Below, in pieces: positions 30,287 to 40,589 of a DNA stretch of 64,000 nt (position 1 is the first letter of the stretch; each line of letters begins with the position of its first letter). This DNA is from Tubiluchus corallicola (Eukaryota > Animalia > Priapulida). The stretch covers positions 123,550-187,549 of the forward strand of contig JAQGDQ010000440.1 of assembly GCA_030141605.1 (NCBI GenBank). Reading direction: 5' to 3'. Both the position numbers and the translations under genes were made by a program. The notes under the pieces are model-generated. The model did not search any database. It was not told where the DNA came from and was given only the letters and a program-made list of their open reading frames with translations.

Positions 30287-31477
30287 ATGCGTAAAATTTC
30301 GGCGCATTACGTTTTTACTGCAACTGGTAGTATACTGAAAAATGGAATTGTTGTAACGGACAACAGCGGAAAGATAGTTGATATCATTGACAACAATGGT
30401 GTTACACGTGAATATGCAGGAGTTGAGTTTTATAATGGAATTATAACGCCGGGGTTTATAAATACCCACTGTCACCTTGAACTCTCACACCTCAAAGGGA
30501 CATTTCATGAAAAAGAAGGATTACCAGCATTTATCAAGCATATCACAAGCAGAGATAAAAATGATGAAAAATCCGCTGCAAAAGAGGCATACAGGGCAGA
30601 TAATGAAATGTATAGAAATGGAATTGTTGCAGTGGGAGATATCTCAAATAGTGATGCCTCTTTTCCCATTAAGAAAAACTCAAAAATATTTTATCACACA
30701 TTTATTGAAGCAATTGGCTTCTCTCCTAAACATGCAGAAGAGCATTTTAGCAATTCAAAAAAACTACTTTCCCTCGCTGTAAAAAGTGGCTTGTCGGGTT
30801 CAATATCCCCGCACGCACCTTATTCTGTATCAGAAAAACTTCTTAAACTAATTAAAACTCACTCGGAAAAAACCGGACATATCATCTCTATGCATAACCA
30901 GGAAAGCAATGCAGAAAATGACCTGTTCATTAGGAAGCAGGGGGAGATTGCTAAGTACCTGTCTTATACTATCCAGAATAGCTTATCCTCTTTTGCAGCT
31001 TCGGGTAAAAGCTCATTTCTCACAATAGAGAAGCTGCTGCCCAGGAAAAATAACCTTTTACTAGTGCACAATATTTATACAGGGAAGAAAGAGATTGATA
31101 TTATAAAAAAAAGTAGAAAAAATAGGGTTTGGCTTGTAATTTGTCCCAATTCAAATCTTTTTATTGAAGATCAACTACCTGACATTACACTGTTTAGGGC
31201 AAATGGCATGCAGCTATGTCTAGGGACGGATAGCTACTCATCAAACCACCAGCTGTCAATATTAAGTGAAATGAAAACACTACACAGCATATTTCCTGAA
31301 ATACCACTCAACGAGTTGATACAGTGGAGCTCTATCAATGGAGCTAGGGCCATAGGAGTCAACGAGTGGGCAGGCAGTATTGAAATAGGGAAAAAACCTG
31401 GACTAAATGTAATCTCCGGGCTGGACTTACAACTGCTGAAGGTACTCCCCCGATCAAAAGTACACCGCTTAATTTAG
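30287..31477 (+). CDS. Amidohydrolase family protein
   Basis: PGFINTHCHLELS, PHAPYS, CPNSN, LGTDS. Confidence 0.9.
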   Translation: MRKISAHYVFTATGSILKNGIVVTDNSGKIVDIIDNNGVTREYAGVEFYNGIITPGFINTHCHLELSHLKGTFHEKEGLPAFIKHITSRDKNDEKSAAKEAYRADNEMYRNGIVAVGDISNSDASFPIKKNSKIFYHTFIEAIGFSPKHAEEHFSNSKKLLSLAVKSGLSGSISPHAPYSVSEKLLKLIKTHSEKTGHIISMHNQESNAENDLFIRKQGEIAKYLSYTIQNSLSSFAASGKSSFLTIEKLLPRKNNLLLVHNIYTGKKEIDIIKKSRKNRVWLVICPNSNLFIEDQLPDITLFRANGMQLCLGTDSYSSNHQLSILSEMKTLHSIFPEIPLNELIQWSSINGARAIGVNEWAGSIEIGKKPGLNVISGLDLQLLKVLPRSKVHRLI

Positions 31478-31511
31478 CTCAACATGTGTGTTTTTCCCAT
31501 CTTTGCAGTGT

Positions 31512-31650
31512 AAGATCCTTGCAGAGCAGAATGCTTTGGCTCAAATTAAGGAAGAATTTGATAAAAACAGCAGTTTACTGACGTAAACAGGGACTTTGAA
31601 GAGGATTTTGATGAAAATATTAATAAAAAGATGAGCTTTGCAAAAGCATT
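31512..31650 (+). repeat. Family A element (best-preserved central stem-loop)
   Basis: Central gtttac-tgac-gtaaac; right arm aatattaataaaaagatgagctttgcaaaagc. Confidence 0.9.
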
Positions 31651-31705
31651 AGTATAATAGCCAGAGTGAGCTCTCACAAGAAAATACTGCTAAGTATAAC
31701 TTAAT

Positions 31706-32488
31706 ATGGCAACTTTTTTATTTGACAAAACAATTTTTGGGCCCGTTTATAGCCGGAGACTGGGTACCTCATTGGGAATAAACTTACTCCCCAACAATTC
31801 AAAAGTGTGCTCATTCAGTTGCATCTATTGCGAATGTGGCTGGAGCTCAGGAAATAAAGTAGAAAGCAGTGCATTACCTTCACGAGAAGAGGTCAAAATA
31901 CTTCTTCGCAAACAACTGGAGGATATGCTCGAAAAGTCAAACCCACCTGATGTGATAACATTTGCAGGAAATGGTGAACCCACACTACATCCCGATTTTT
32001 TGGGAATTGTGGAAGACACCATTAAGGTGAGAAATAAGCTTTTCCCCAAAGCCAGGATAGCCGTTCTATCCAACTCCACAATGCTTCACAAGCAAGATGT
32101 AGTAAATGCTCTTAAAAAGGTGGATGATAATATTCTGAAGTTTGACTCCGTATTCCCAAAAACTATCCAACTGCTTGACTGTCCAGCTGATAATTTTAAT
32201 CTTAATACCACAATTGAAAACCTGAAGAAATTCAAAAAAACACAAATAATTCAGGTCATGCTTGTCAAGGGAGAGTACAAGGGGCAAATAGTGGATAACA
32301 CTACAGAGAAAGAGCTTGCGGGACTGATTGAAGCACTAAAAGATATACGCCCAAGGCAGATAATGATATATACCATTGAGCGTGACACTCCCGCCAAAAA
32401 TCTTCACAAAGTACCGCCGGAGGAATTAAAACAGATTGCTACTCGCTTTGAAAAAGAACTGGATATACCTGTTCAGGTAAGCGTATAA
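31706..32488 (+). CDS. Radical SAM protein
   Basis: GPVYSRRLGTSLGIN, CSFSCIYC, GNGEPTLHP. Confidence 0.9.
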   Translation: MATFLFDKTIFGPVYSRRLGTSLGINLLPNNSKVCSFSCIYCECGWSSGNKVESSALPSREEVKILLRKQLEDMLEKSNPPDVITFAGNGEPTLHPDFLGIVEDTIKVRNKLFPKARIAVLSNSTMLHKQDVVNALKKVDDNILKFDSVFPKTIQLLDCPADNFNLNTTIENLKKFKKTQIIQVMLVKGEYKGQIVDNTTEKELAGLIEALKDIRPRQIMIYTIERDTPAKNLHKVPPEELKQIATRFEKELDIPVQVSV

Positions 32489-32532
32489 ACAGATAGCACC
32501 AATACTTATGTGGTTCAGGATGATATTCCCTA

Positions 32533-33135
32533 CTAATCTCTCTTCATAATGCCGTAGCATATAATTCTCAAAATAGCATCAACACTATTTGCAAGATTAG
32601 CATCCTTATAAGTACCAGCCGACAGCGGTACCTCCAACCCGCGTATTGCCTTTGTAATACCTATTGCAGCAAGGGTGAAATCTTTAATAGCAAACTTTCC
32701 ATAGCGCGCCCCTTCCAGCAAAATTCTTTTCATCATGCGAACCTCCTCATGGTCATACCTCGACTTTATTTTATCCACAAACCCAACTGCGGCCTCATCC
32801 TTTTCTATAGCATTATAAAAATTGGCAAGCTTACGATAAGTACTCATTTTAGTCAAGATATAATCTCGGAGCTTGTCCTCAGGAGCAATTGTTTTGGCCA
32901 GCACTTTCGCCAGCTCATTTCTCAGAATATTCGCCTCTTTCTGAATCACAGCCTGAAAAAGATCTTCCTTGCTGTCAAAGTAATAGTACAGCGAACTTTT
33001 ACCCTTTCTTACAGCATTGGCAATATCATCAATGGTCGTTTTGCGATACCCGTACTTACTGAAAATATCTTGTGCTGTGGCTAAGATAGTCTCACGTACA
33101 GCGTCTCGTTTAGAACTTCCGTTTTCTATCCTCAT
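32533..33135 (-). CDS. TetR/AcrR family regulator
   Basis: GYRKTTIDDIA...KSSLYYYF.SKEDLF HTH. Confidence 0.92.
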   Translation of the reverse strand: MRIENGSSKRDAVRETILATAQDIFSKYGYRKTTIDDIANAVRKGKSSLYYYFDSKEDLFQAVIQKEANILRNELAKVLAKTIAPEDKLRDYILTKMSTYRKLANFYNAIEKDEAAVGFVDKIKSRYDHEEVRMMKRILLEGARYGKFAIKDFTLAAIGITKAIRGLEVPLSAGTYKDANLANSVDAILRIICYGIMKRD

Positions 33136-33218
33136 TCTCGGCTTAACTTACCATTAAACATATTTCCAAATATAAACATTTTAAATCTACAAGAAAATTG
33201 ACAACGCTTTGGGAATAT

Positions 33219-33484
33219 TGTAAGTCCCCCTTATCTAGCTATGCTCTAAACTATATGGTTTTCATCATTTTTTGTCGTATCAAATAAGGAAAAACTAGCC
33301 TTTCCTTATTTAGCTGAAAACTCAATTGGCACCATGTTTTTCAAAACACCATAAGCTCTTTTCTCATTATAATGTTCTGTCCATTGCTCAGGATTAAAAA
33401 ACTCTTACTAGAGGATATGAATTAAATACATAGGCATTACCTGTAGCTTCTGTTAAAACATTCAACCAAATTGTTTTGTAATGG
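33219..33484 (-). mobile_element. IS3-family remnant: transposase C-terminus plus right end
   Basis: Minus-strand pieces PLQNNLVECFNRSYR and NAYVFNS..EQWTEHYNEKRAY..MVPIEF; end sequence ggggacttaca. Confidence 0.75.
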
Positions 33485-33531
33485 ACATTAAATATAATTG
33501 ATCCTTATTCGGCTTTTCTGATTGAACATTA

Positions 33532-33960
33532 TCAACTTTGTGATCCGTTTTGTGGTTCGGCAAAATAAAGTATGTAGCCATTCAAATCTTTAACCACAAA
33601 TTCATCCGAACCATAAAAAGTTTTATGTAAATCTTTTACAACTTCAACTTTATCTTTTACCTTCTCATAGAGATCTTTTATACCTTGCATGGAAATATAC
33701 AGGGTGAATGTACCACCAACCTCTCTCCCTTTCATTTCTGGCAGTTCTGTAATAAAACTGTCTTTCCTTTGTAACATTATTTCTACGTCGCCATTTCTGA
33801 TCATCGCCCAAATTAGAGATGCTTCAGTCACAGAATCACCCATTTTGAGCTCTTTCTGCTCATCAACTCCCATCACAATTTGAAACTCCAAGTTGCTTTT
33901 GTAATACTCAGCAGTTGCGTTTACATCAGCAACCATAATGTTTGGTGAAATCTTTTTCAT
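33532..33960 (-). CDS. VOC/glyoxalase family protein
   Basis: ISPNIMVADV...TFYGSDEFVVKDLNGYILYF; in-frame upstream extension to 34062. Confidence 0.85.
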   Translation of the reverse strand: MKKISPNIMVADVNATAEYYKSNLEFQIVMGVDEQKELKMGDSVTEASLIWAMIRNGDVEIMLQRKDSFITELPEMKGREVGGTFTLYISMQGIKDLYEKVKDKVEVVKDLHKTFYGSDEFVVKDLNGYILYFAEPQNGSQS

Positions 33961-34125
33961 AGCTTTTGTGTTTAAATCATTAATAATATTTTGTTTATCC
34001 CTATTTTCTAGTTGTTGATTTCCCACAAATATAAAACTTATCACAACAATTGCAATAATCATAAAAATTAAAGTTGTTATTTCTTTTCAGTTTTTCATAG
34101 CACCTTGATTATATGTGGTCTTAGC

Positions 34126-34400
34126 TTATGTTGAAGTGTATAAAGTCGACACTGTTTCATGACTTGGGTTAAAGTCTATTAAGTTCTTATACTCGCGATT
34201 AAGATGTGCTTGATCAAAATACCCAGAAGACAATTAGGGGAAACTTGAGATACATGTCAGGATTTCAGCCCATTACAGAAAGTTATTTATTGAATCGTAA
34301 TTTCTCAAAAGTTGTTTTTAATTGTAGCTCAATACTTAAAACAACACCTTCAACTTTTGCAAATGGATCAACTGCAGAGCTTCGTTCTACTAGCAATTCT
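34126..34400 (-). pseudogene. AraC-family regulator, decayed C-terminal HTH
   Basis: GYFDQAHLNREYK in one frame; LRFNK*LSVMG*NPDM upstream in another; 5' limit approximate. Confidence 0.7.
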
Positions 34401-34427
34401 GTCGAAACTGACAAAACCGCAAATTTG

Positions 34428-34512
34428 CGGAGAGAGAGGGATTCGAACCCCCGGTGCCTCGCGGCACAACGGTTTTCAAGACCGCCGCATTCGACCACTC
34501 TGCCATCTCTCC
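34428..34512 (-). tRNA. tRNA-Ser(TGA)
   Basis: GGAGAGA acceptor stem, CTTGAAA anticodon loop, long variable arm, GTTCGAATC; CCA not encoded; TACTTTTG box at 34526-34533. Confidence 0.97.
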
Positions 34513-34801
34513 AAACGAGCGAATGCAAAAGTAGGAGTTTTTTTTGTAAAAAATTTATTCTGTAAAAACTTTTACCCTGTAAAATAGAAAAATATCTTAA
34601 AAATTTTGTTTTTACTAACAATTTTAACAACTTAGCGTCAATTTATAAATGTACTGCTTGTGAAGGCGTTATTTTTACCTTTACAAATTATTTAAAAAAA
34701 TTTCATTTCTTTGTTTAGTGGTTAATATAAACCCACAATTTTACCAGAGATGAAGTGATTAAAATTTAATTGATTATTTTACAGTATTAAATGATTTTAC
34801 T

Positions 34802-35074
34802 ATGAACAAAGCTCAACTAATTGATGCTATTGCAAGTGAGGCAAGCATCACAAAAGCTGACGCAAAGAAAGCCCTGGATGCTTTTATTAAGACTACATCT
34901 AACACATTAAAACAAGGCAATAGAGTTGCCCTTGTCGGGTTTGGCTCATTTGCTATTTCAGAGCGTCCTGCTCGTCAGGGTAGAAATCCTCAAACTGGCG
35001 CTGTGATTAACATTCCCAAAAAGAATGTCATTAAGTTCAAAGCCGGCAGTGAACTTACAGATAGCGTGCAGTAG
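34802..35074 (+). CDS. hup: DNA-binding protein HU
   Basis: MNKAQLI, LVGFGSF, GRNPQTG, KFKAG. Confidence 0.95.
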   Translation: MNKAQLIDAIASEASITKADAKKALDAFIKTTSNTLKQGNRVALVGFGSFAISERPARQGRNPQTGAVINIPKKNVIKFKAGSELTDSVQ

Positions 35075-35103
35075 AAACACCTGAAGGAAGAAATTGAATA
35101 GAG

Positions 35104-35139
35104 AGGGAGGAAACCTGCTGGAGTTCTCCCTTTTTATTT
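35104..35139 (+). terminator. Probable intrinsic terminator after hup
   Basis: agggag...ctccct stem followed by a T tract. Confidence 0.55.
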
Positions 35140-35284
35140 CTACTTACTGTTGTTTATACCTCCATAATAGCAATTTCTTAACATGCTTCCTCATACTTTG
35201 AAGAGTTGCACCTTACTGTAAGTTTATCCCCCCGCGGTAACTTTTGATATGTTCTCAGTATATATTACAGGCAATACAATATAA

Positions 35285-35959
35285 ATGAGCGACGGTCTAA
35301 TTGACTTTTTATCAAAGTACTTAACACCTGAAAGGAAGTTGCTGTTCAATAATATATTGGAAAACAGGACAAAATACTTCTCCGTTGTTTTAGAAGACAT
35401 ATACCAGCCACAAAATGCAAGTGCCGTACTAAGATCATGCGACTGTTTCGGAGTGCAAAACATTAACGTTATTGAGAATAATAACAAATTTAGGATCAGT
35501 GACAATGTTGCCCTGGGATCATCAAAGTGGCTCTCCATTACTAAATACAACAACCGAGCAGATAATACTTATGAATGCCTGCAAAACCTTAAAAAAGAAG
35601 GATATCGCATTGTTGCAACATCCCCTTCTGAAAGCGCCACATCTCTATATGACTTGGACTTGAATAAGGGAAAAGCAGCCCTGGTATTTGGAACCGAACT
35701 CACAGGAGTGTCAAAGTGTGTAAAAGAGAACGCAGATGAGGTAATAAATATACCTATGTTTGGATTCACAGAAAGCTTTAACATATCTGTATCTGCTGCT
35801 ATTGTGCTACACTACTTAACCCTCAAGCTTAGAACCTCCACTATCCATTGGAAGCTGTCCGACATCGAAAAACAGGAGATAAAGCTGGAGTGGATCAGAA
35901 AAACAGTAAAAAAAGCAGAACTTCTAGGAAAATTTATAAACAATAAGAAAATACGCTAA
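35285..35959 (+). CDS. TrmH/SpoU family RNA methyltransferase
   Basis: PQNASAVLRSCD, FGTELTGVS, IPMFGFTESFNISVS. Confidence 0.9.
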   Translation: MSDGLIDFLSKYLTPERKLLFNNILENRTKYFSVVLEDIYQPQNASAVLRSCDCFGVQNINVIENNNKFRISDNVALGSSKWLSITKYNNRADNTYECLQNLKKEGYRIVATSPSESATSLYDLDLNKGKAALVFGTELTGVSKCVKENADEVINIPMFGFTESFNISVSAAIVLHYLTLKLRTSTIHWKLSDIEKQEIKLEWIRKTVKKAELLGKFINNKKIR

Positions 35960-35989
35960 CTCGCTTTGATGAGAGTCGCATTGTAACAC

Positions 35990-36114
35990 AAAACCTTTGC
36001 AAGGCGAAATATTTTGGCTTAAATTGAGAACAAATTTGATGAGAAACCACAATTTACTAGCATAAATGAGGAGCTTGACAAAAGATTAATAAAAACATGT
36101 TTTGCAAAGACTTA
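35990..36114 (+). repeat. Family A element (short variant)
   Basis: aaaacctttgcaaggcgaaa...atttactagcataaatgagg...ttttgcaaagactt. Confidence 0.85.
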
Positions 36115-36167
36115 ATTGCTAGTGCTGTACAGCACTTCTTCTTCAATAAAAAAAGATAATAAGCGCT

Positions 36168-36917
36168 ATGAATTGTATGATTATAGATGACGATAAGCTT
36201 AGCAGAAAAATTCTGAACAGCTATGCTGAAAAAGTTGATTCAATTGCAAAATGCTTTTCTATTGGCAGCGCAGTAGAAGCAATAAACTTCCTTCAAAAAA
36301 AAGAGGAGAAGGTAGACCTGATCTTTCTTGATATTGAAATGCCTGAAATGAGTGGTATGGAATTTATGGGAATGATGGAGAAGCCTCCACAAATTATTAT
36401 TGTCTCTTCCCATGATAAGTACGCGCTACCCGCTTTTAATTACGATGTAGCCGACTATCTGCTCAAACCGGTAGATTTTTCGCGCTTTATGAGAGCAGTG
36501 AATCGTGTACACGAAAAAATAAGAGAGAGAGAAGCCGCTCAGGCAGGCTCTACTGACAAAGATATTAGTGCCGACGACAGAGATGGTGACGTTATATGGA
36601 TAAAAAGCAACTTTAAGCTTGAACCCGTAAATATATGTGATATATGGTATGTGGAATCACTTGAAAACTACTCTATTTTACACACACGCAATGGGAAACG
36701 CACGGTGCATCTTACGTTAAAAGCCCTAAGCAGCAAGCTCCCCAATAGGCTGTTCTACAGAACACATCGCTCCTACATAATTAATGTGAAAAATATAAAA
36801 AGTATCAAAGGGAACTCCGTTGAAATTGAATCTCAGGATGGGACACAAACCCTTCCACTTGGGAAATCATACAGAGACCATCTGCTTAAAGACATAGGTT
36901 CTCTTACCTTCAAGTAA
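36168..36917 (+). CDS. LytTR family response regulator
   Basis: IIDDD, FLDIEMP, DYLLKP; RTHRSYIIN. Confidence 0.93.
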   Translation: MNCMIIDDDKLSRKILNSYAEKVDSIAKCFSIGSAVEAINFLQKKEEKVDLIFLDIEMPEMSGMEFMGMMEKPPQIIIVSSHDKYALPAFNYDVADYLLKPVDFSRFMRAVNRVHEKIREREAAQAGSTDKDISADDRDGDVIWIKSNFKLEPVNICDIWYVESLENYSILHTRNGKRTVHLTLKALSSKLPNRLFYRTHRSYIINVKNIKSIKGNSVEIESQDGTQTLPLGKSYRDHLLKDIGSLTFK

Positions 36918-36983
36918 CTTTGCTATTAGCATATAGCTTGAGCTTATAACACGTATTATTTTTTGAAAAAGTGAAATAAAAGT

Positions 36984-38159
36984 ATGACAAAATATAATTT
37001 TGATGAAAAGATAGAACGCAGGGGCTCCAACTGTATCAAATATGATAAACTAAAAGACTATTTTGGAAAGGCAGACGCAATGCCTCTATGGGTTGCGGAT
37101 ACCGATTTCAGAGTACCCGACTTTATAGTAGACGCAATGCAAAAAAGGCTGGGGCATGGAATTTTTGGATATTCATATCGCCCGGAGTCATACTTTAACG
37201 CTGTTACCTCCTGGATGAAGAGAAGACACGGATGGAATATAAAAAAAGATTGGGTTAGTTCAAGCCCGGGCGTGGTCTCAGCTATTACAACAGCCATTAT
37301 GGCCTTTTCAAAGCCAGGTGATAAAGTGATAATCCAGCCACCTGTATACTTCCCTTTTTTCACATGTGTACGTGGTTCAAATCGAAAAATAGTTGAAAAC
37401 CCGCTGGTAGTCAAAGACGAGAGATATACCTTTGACTTTGATGATCTTGCAAGTAAGATTGATGCCAATACCCGGCTACTTGTACTATGCAACCCCCAAA
37501 ACCCCGGAGGCATGGTATGGAAACATGAGGAACTTGAAGAACTGGGACGCATTTGTGCAAAAAAAGAGATTATAGTTATATCTGATGAAATTCACTCCGA
37601 TCTGGTTTTTAGCGGGCACAAACATATCCCACTACCTTGTATCTCAACATGGCTGAGGGATAACTGTATTGTTTGTATGGCTCCAAATAAAACATTTAAC
37701 ATTGCCGGACTAGCCTCAGCAGTAGTAATTGCACCCAATAAAAAACTTTACCTGAGGTATGAGCAAATGCTGAATGTTATCCATGTACATGGGGGAAATA
37801 TCTTTGGAAACATAGCAACAGAAGCTGCATATCTACATGGAGAAGAGTGGCTGGGACAGCTTATAGACTATCTGGAGGAGACCCGTAATTTTGTTGTAGA
37901 ATACTTCAAAGTGCATCTACCCAAAGTTAAAGTGATGAAGCCGGAAGCCACCTTTCTTATGTGGCTGGACTTTAACAGTTATGGAATCCCAGAAGACAAA
38001 GTTTTTCACAAATTGATAAACGATGCCGGAATTGCAATGAATAAAGGCAGCATGTTCGGTACAGGAGGAGAGGGATACTTTCGATTGAATATAGGATGCC
38101 CAAGATCTACATTAACAGATGCCCTGAACAAAATACGGGAAGCTTTCAAACATATATGA
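36984..38159 (+). CDS. MalY/PatB family PLP-dependent C-S lyase
   Basis: PLWVADTDF, LCNPQNP, SDEIHSD, APNKTFNIAGL. Confidence 0.92.
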   Translation: MTKYNFDEKIERRGSNCIKYDKLKDYFGKADAMPLWVADTDFRVPDFIVDAMQKRLGHGIFGYSYRPESYFNAVTSWMKRRHGWNIKKDWVSSSPGVVSAITTAIMAFSKPGDKVIIQPPVYFPFFTCVRGSNRKIVENPLVVKDERYTFDFDDLASKIDANTRLLVLCNPQNPGGMVWKHEELEELGRICAKKEIIVISDEIHSDLVFSGHKHIPLPCISTWLRDNCIVCMAPNKTFNIAGLASAVVIAPNKKLYLRYEQMLNVIHVHGGNIFGNIATEAAYLHGEEWLGQLIDYLEETRNFVVEYFKVHLPKVKVMKPEATFLMWLDFNSYGIPEDKVFHKLINDAGIAMNKGSMFGTGGEGYFRLNIGCPRSTLTDALNKIREAFKHI

Positions 38160-38167
38160 TCCCCAGC

Positions 38168-39148
38168 CTAACATATCCTGGAGATTATCATATCCGCAAT
38201 TTCGCGTAGTGCATTTTTTTCATCACAAATAGTTAACTTTTCCAAGTACTCCAGCGCTTTTTGGTGGTATCTCAATATCTCCTTTTTTACATACTCTCCA
38301 GCCCCTGTTTCATTGTAAATACGGGTAACGGTCTCTACCCTTTTGTCCGAGTCGATACTACTATCGCTTATTTGATATTGAAGCTGGGCCGCCTGATCCT
38401 TATCCGACAGTTTTAGCGCCTTTAAAAAGAGGTATGTTTTTTTGTTTGAACGTATATCTCCCCCAATCTCCTTCCCTACTATATCCGAATTGCCATATAC
38501 ATCAAGCCAGTCATCCCGGAGTTGAAATGCAATACCTATGTTTATACCAAACTTATACAGCAGAGCCACATCCTCATCTACAGCATTCCCAATAATTGCT
38601 CCCAGCTTAAGGCTGCACGCAAGCAGTACAGCGGTTTTAAGCCGAATCATGTTAATATACTCATCGACAGATACACTCTGCCTATTTTCAAACTCTATGT
38701 CAAGTTGTTGTCCTTCACAAACTTCAAGGGCCGTATTGGAAAAAATAGATAAGGCTTTTGATAAATGAGATGCCGGGAGCTTTCCCAAAAACTTGTAAGC
38801 CAGTATTGACATCGCATCTCCGCTCAGTATTGCCGTATTTTCATCGTATTTCTCGTGTACTGTTTTGCTACCCCTTCGCATACTAGCATGATCCATTATA
38901 TCATCATGCAGTAAGGTGAAATTATGGAAAATCTCTATAGCAATTGCAGCAGGAATTGCAACAGAAACATCTTTGCGATAAAGACTTGTTGCCAAAAGAA
39001 GCAAAGCGGGACGGATGCGCTTTCCACCTATACTAAAAATATACTTTACCGGCTCATAAAGCCCTTTGTATGACTCTCCACCCAAGGCTTCAAGCTCCTT
39101 TTCCATAGCCTTGTCAAACAGCACTCTATACTTTTCAATCGACTTCAT
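38168..39148 (-). CDS. Polyprenyl diphosphate synthase
   Basis: GGKRIRP, HDDIMD, EGQQLD, FQLRDDWLD. Confidence 0.93.
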   Translation of the reverse strand: MKSIEKYRVLFDKAMEKELEALGGESYKGLYEPVKYIFSIGGKRIRPALLLLATSLYRKDVSVAIPAAIAIEIFHNFTLLHDDIMDHASMRRGSKTVHEKYDENTAILSGDAMSILAYKFLGKLPASHLSKALSIFSNTALEVCEGQQLDIEFENRQSVSVDEYINMIRLKTAVLLACSLKLGAIIGNAVDEDVALLYKFGINIGIAFQLRDDWLDVYGNSDIVGKEIGGDIRSNKKTYLFLKALKLSDKDQAAQLQYQISDSSIDSDKRVETVTRIYNETGAGEYVKKEILRYHQKALEYLEKLTICDEKNALREIADMIISRIC

Positions 39149-39229
39149 TTTCTTTATAGCTTTTTATACAGAGATCAGAACGCTCTATCTCTCCCCTATT
39201 AAAAAATTTCAGGTGCGGAATTCTTATTA

Positions 39230-39380
39230 AAACACTTTGCGACAGACACTCTTGACTCAAAATTTACCTGCAGCCTGTTAATATCTCGTCAAAATCCTCT
39301 TCAAAATCCTTATATACACTAGCAAATTGCTGCCTTTCGCTAAATTTCCCCTCAACTTGAACTCAAAAAATGACGCTTAA
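39230..39380 (-). repeat. Family A element, reverse orientation, decayed ends
   Basis: ttaatatctcgtcaaaatcctcttcaaaatccttatatacactagcaaattgc is the reverse complement of the core. Confidence 0.75.
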
Positions 39381-39502
39381 AAAAATAAAATCCCAAAATA
39401 AGCATAAAAGAGTGTATTTGAAAAAGCAGCAGCTATTGGTATTTTACGAAAGTATCATACAGGTCCATAGCTTCTCACAACAAGATAACAAGAAAAGACA
39501 CT

Positions 39503-39622
39503 AGACCCTTGCTGAGCTCATCTTTTTATTAATACTTTTATCAAAACTCTCACCTACGCTAGTAAACTGCTATTTTTTTATCAAGTTTATCCTCAATCTG
39601 AATCCAAACTCACAAAAGATAC
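39503..39622 (-). repeat. Family A element, reverse orientation (short variant)
   Basis: gagctcatctttttattaatac...gctagtaaactgc...cctcaatctg. Confidence 0.8.
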
Positions 39623-39642
39623 AGGTACTGCACACATGTAGA

Positions 39643-40021
39643 TAGCCACTCCTTAAGCTAAAGCTAAAACTTAACTTATTTAATATTAATGATATAAAAC
39701 CAAAAACTTAGTGAATTATAGTGATCTTAACTGCAAGGATTATTGTAACTTCCGTACAAGACCTTGCAGACTATGATAGGAAAATCATCAGATCAAAATC
39801 AGATGAACCTTACAAACTCTGCAAAATAGGAAAACTGCCTTTACACGCTTGATTTTTGCCTCTTTTGCTCCAAAAAGATTCTACTTCAAAAACAACTGTT
39901 TAATCGTCAATACGAACTGTACTCTTTTTTTTAAACCTTCAGAGGATTTTACTGTATACCAGATCAAAATATACAAATAGTAAACTTTATCTCAATAAAG
40001 TTAATTCTTAAGGAGCGACTA
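39643..40021 (+). mobile_element. Family B element, copy 2, with terminal inverted repeats
   Basis: tagccactccttaag ... cttaaggagcgacta (13/15 inverted match, TA at both ends); similar to 13057-13481. Confidence 0.8.
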
Positions 40022-40193
40022 GATAATAAGATTGTGCCATTACACCACTTCCTGCTTGGCTACAAAAGGGTGATAGCTGAAGTAAACCAGATGTGAAGGA
40101 TACTATAAACACACGAATTTTAAAATAGTAAGTGTGCCCTCTAACTCATAAGGAGTTATTCTCACAAGAGATGAAAAATATAACGAGAGTCAA

Positions 40194-40589
40194 CTATTTT
40201 TCCTTGTTTTTAACTGGAGGAGTACCTACTGCTCTGTTATTATCCTCTCTTCCTCCCATCAAACACTTACCCGTAAATACAGCGCCCGGCTCCACAGACA
40301 ACTTGCTCATTGAGATATCGCCATCTACAATAGCCGAACTCTTAAGAGACAAAGACTCAGAAGCTGCAATTGTACCATTTACCCTTCCCATAATATCGCC
40401 AGTCTTACAGAAAATTGCCCCTTCAACATCCGCCTTTTGACCAAGCACAACCCGCCCCTTACACTTAAGATTTCCTTTTACAGTACCATCTATACGGATA
40501 TCCCCTGCTGAGTCAATATCTCCTTTTATATTCGTATTGTGTGATATTGTATTAAGCGACTCTAATTCTGGTGGTACTACTTTTGCCAT
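40194..40589 (-). CDS. Bactofilin (polymer-forming cytoskeletal protein)
   Basis: IKGDI...IRIDGTVKGNL...VEPGAVFTGKC beta-helix pattern. Confidence 0.9.
   Translation of the reverse strand: MAKVVPPELESLNTISHNTNIKGDIDSAGDIRIDGTVKGNLKCKGRVVLGQKADVEGAIFCKTGDIMGRVNGTIAASESLSLKSSAIVDGDISMSKLSVEPGAVFTGKCLMGGREDNNRAVGTPPVKNKEK

Noticed and set aside
34087-34089. In-frame TGA/TAA codons as evidence of a recoded genetic code
   Set aside because: TGA, TAA and TAG all end core genes normally (e.g. trpS and mutL end in TGA); the internal stops occur only in relics.
34148-34173. gacactgtttcat resembles the IS256 terminal repeat ending at 44937
   Set aside because: It lies within the AraC-relic coding tail, has no partner end, and the match fades after 12 bp.
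34206-34630. Three 91-119 aa ORFs around tRNA-Ser
   Set aside because: They overlap the tRNA gene; only the AraC-like fragment has coding features.
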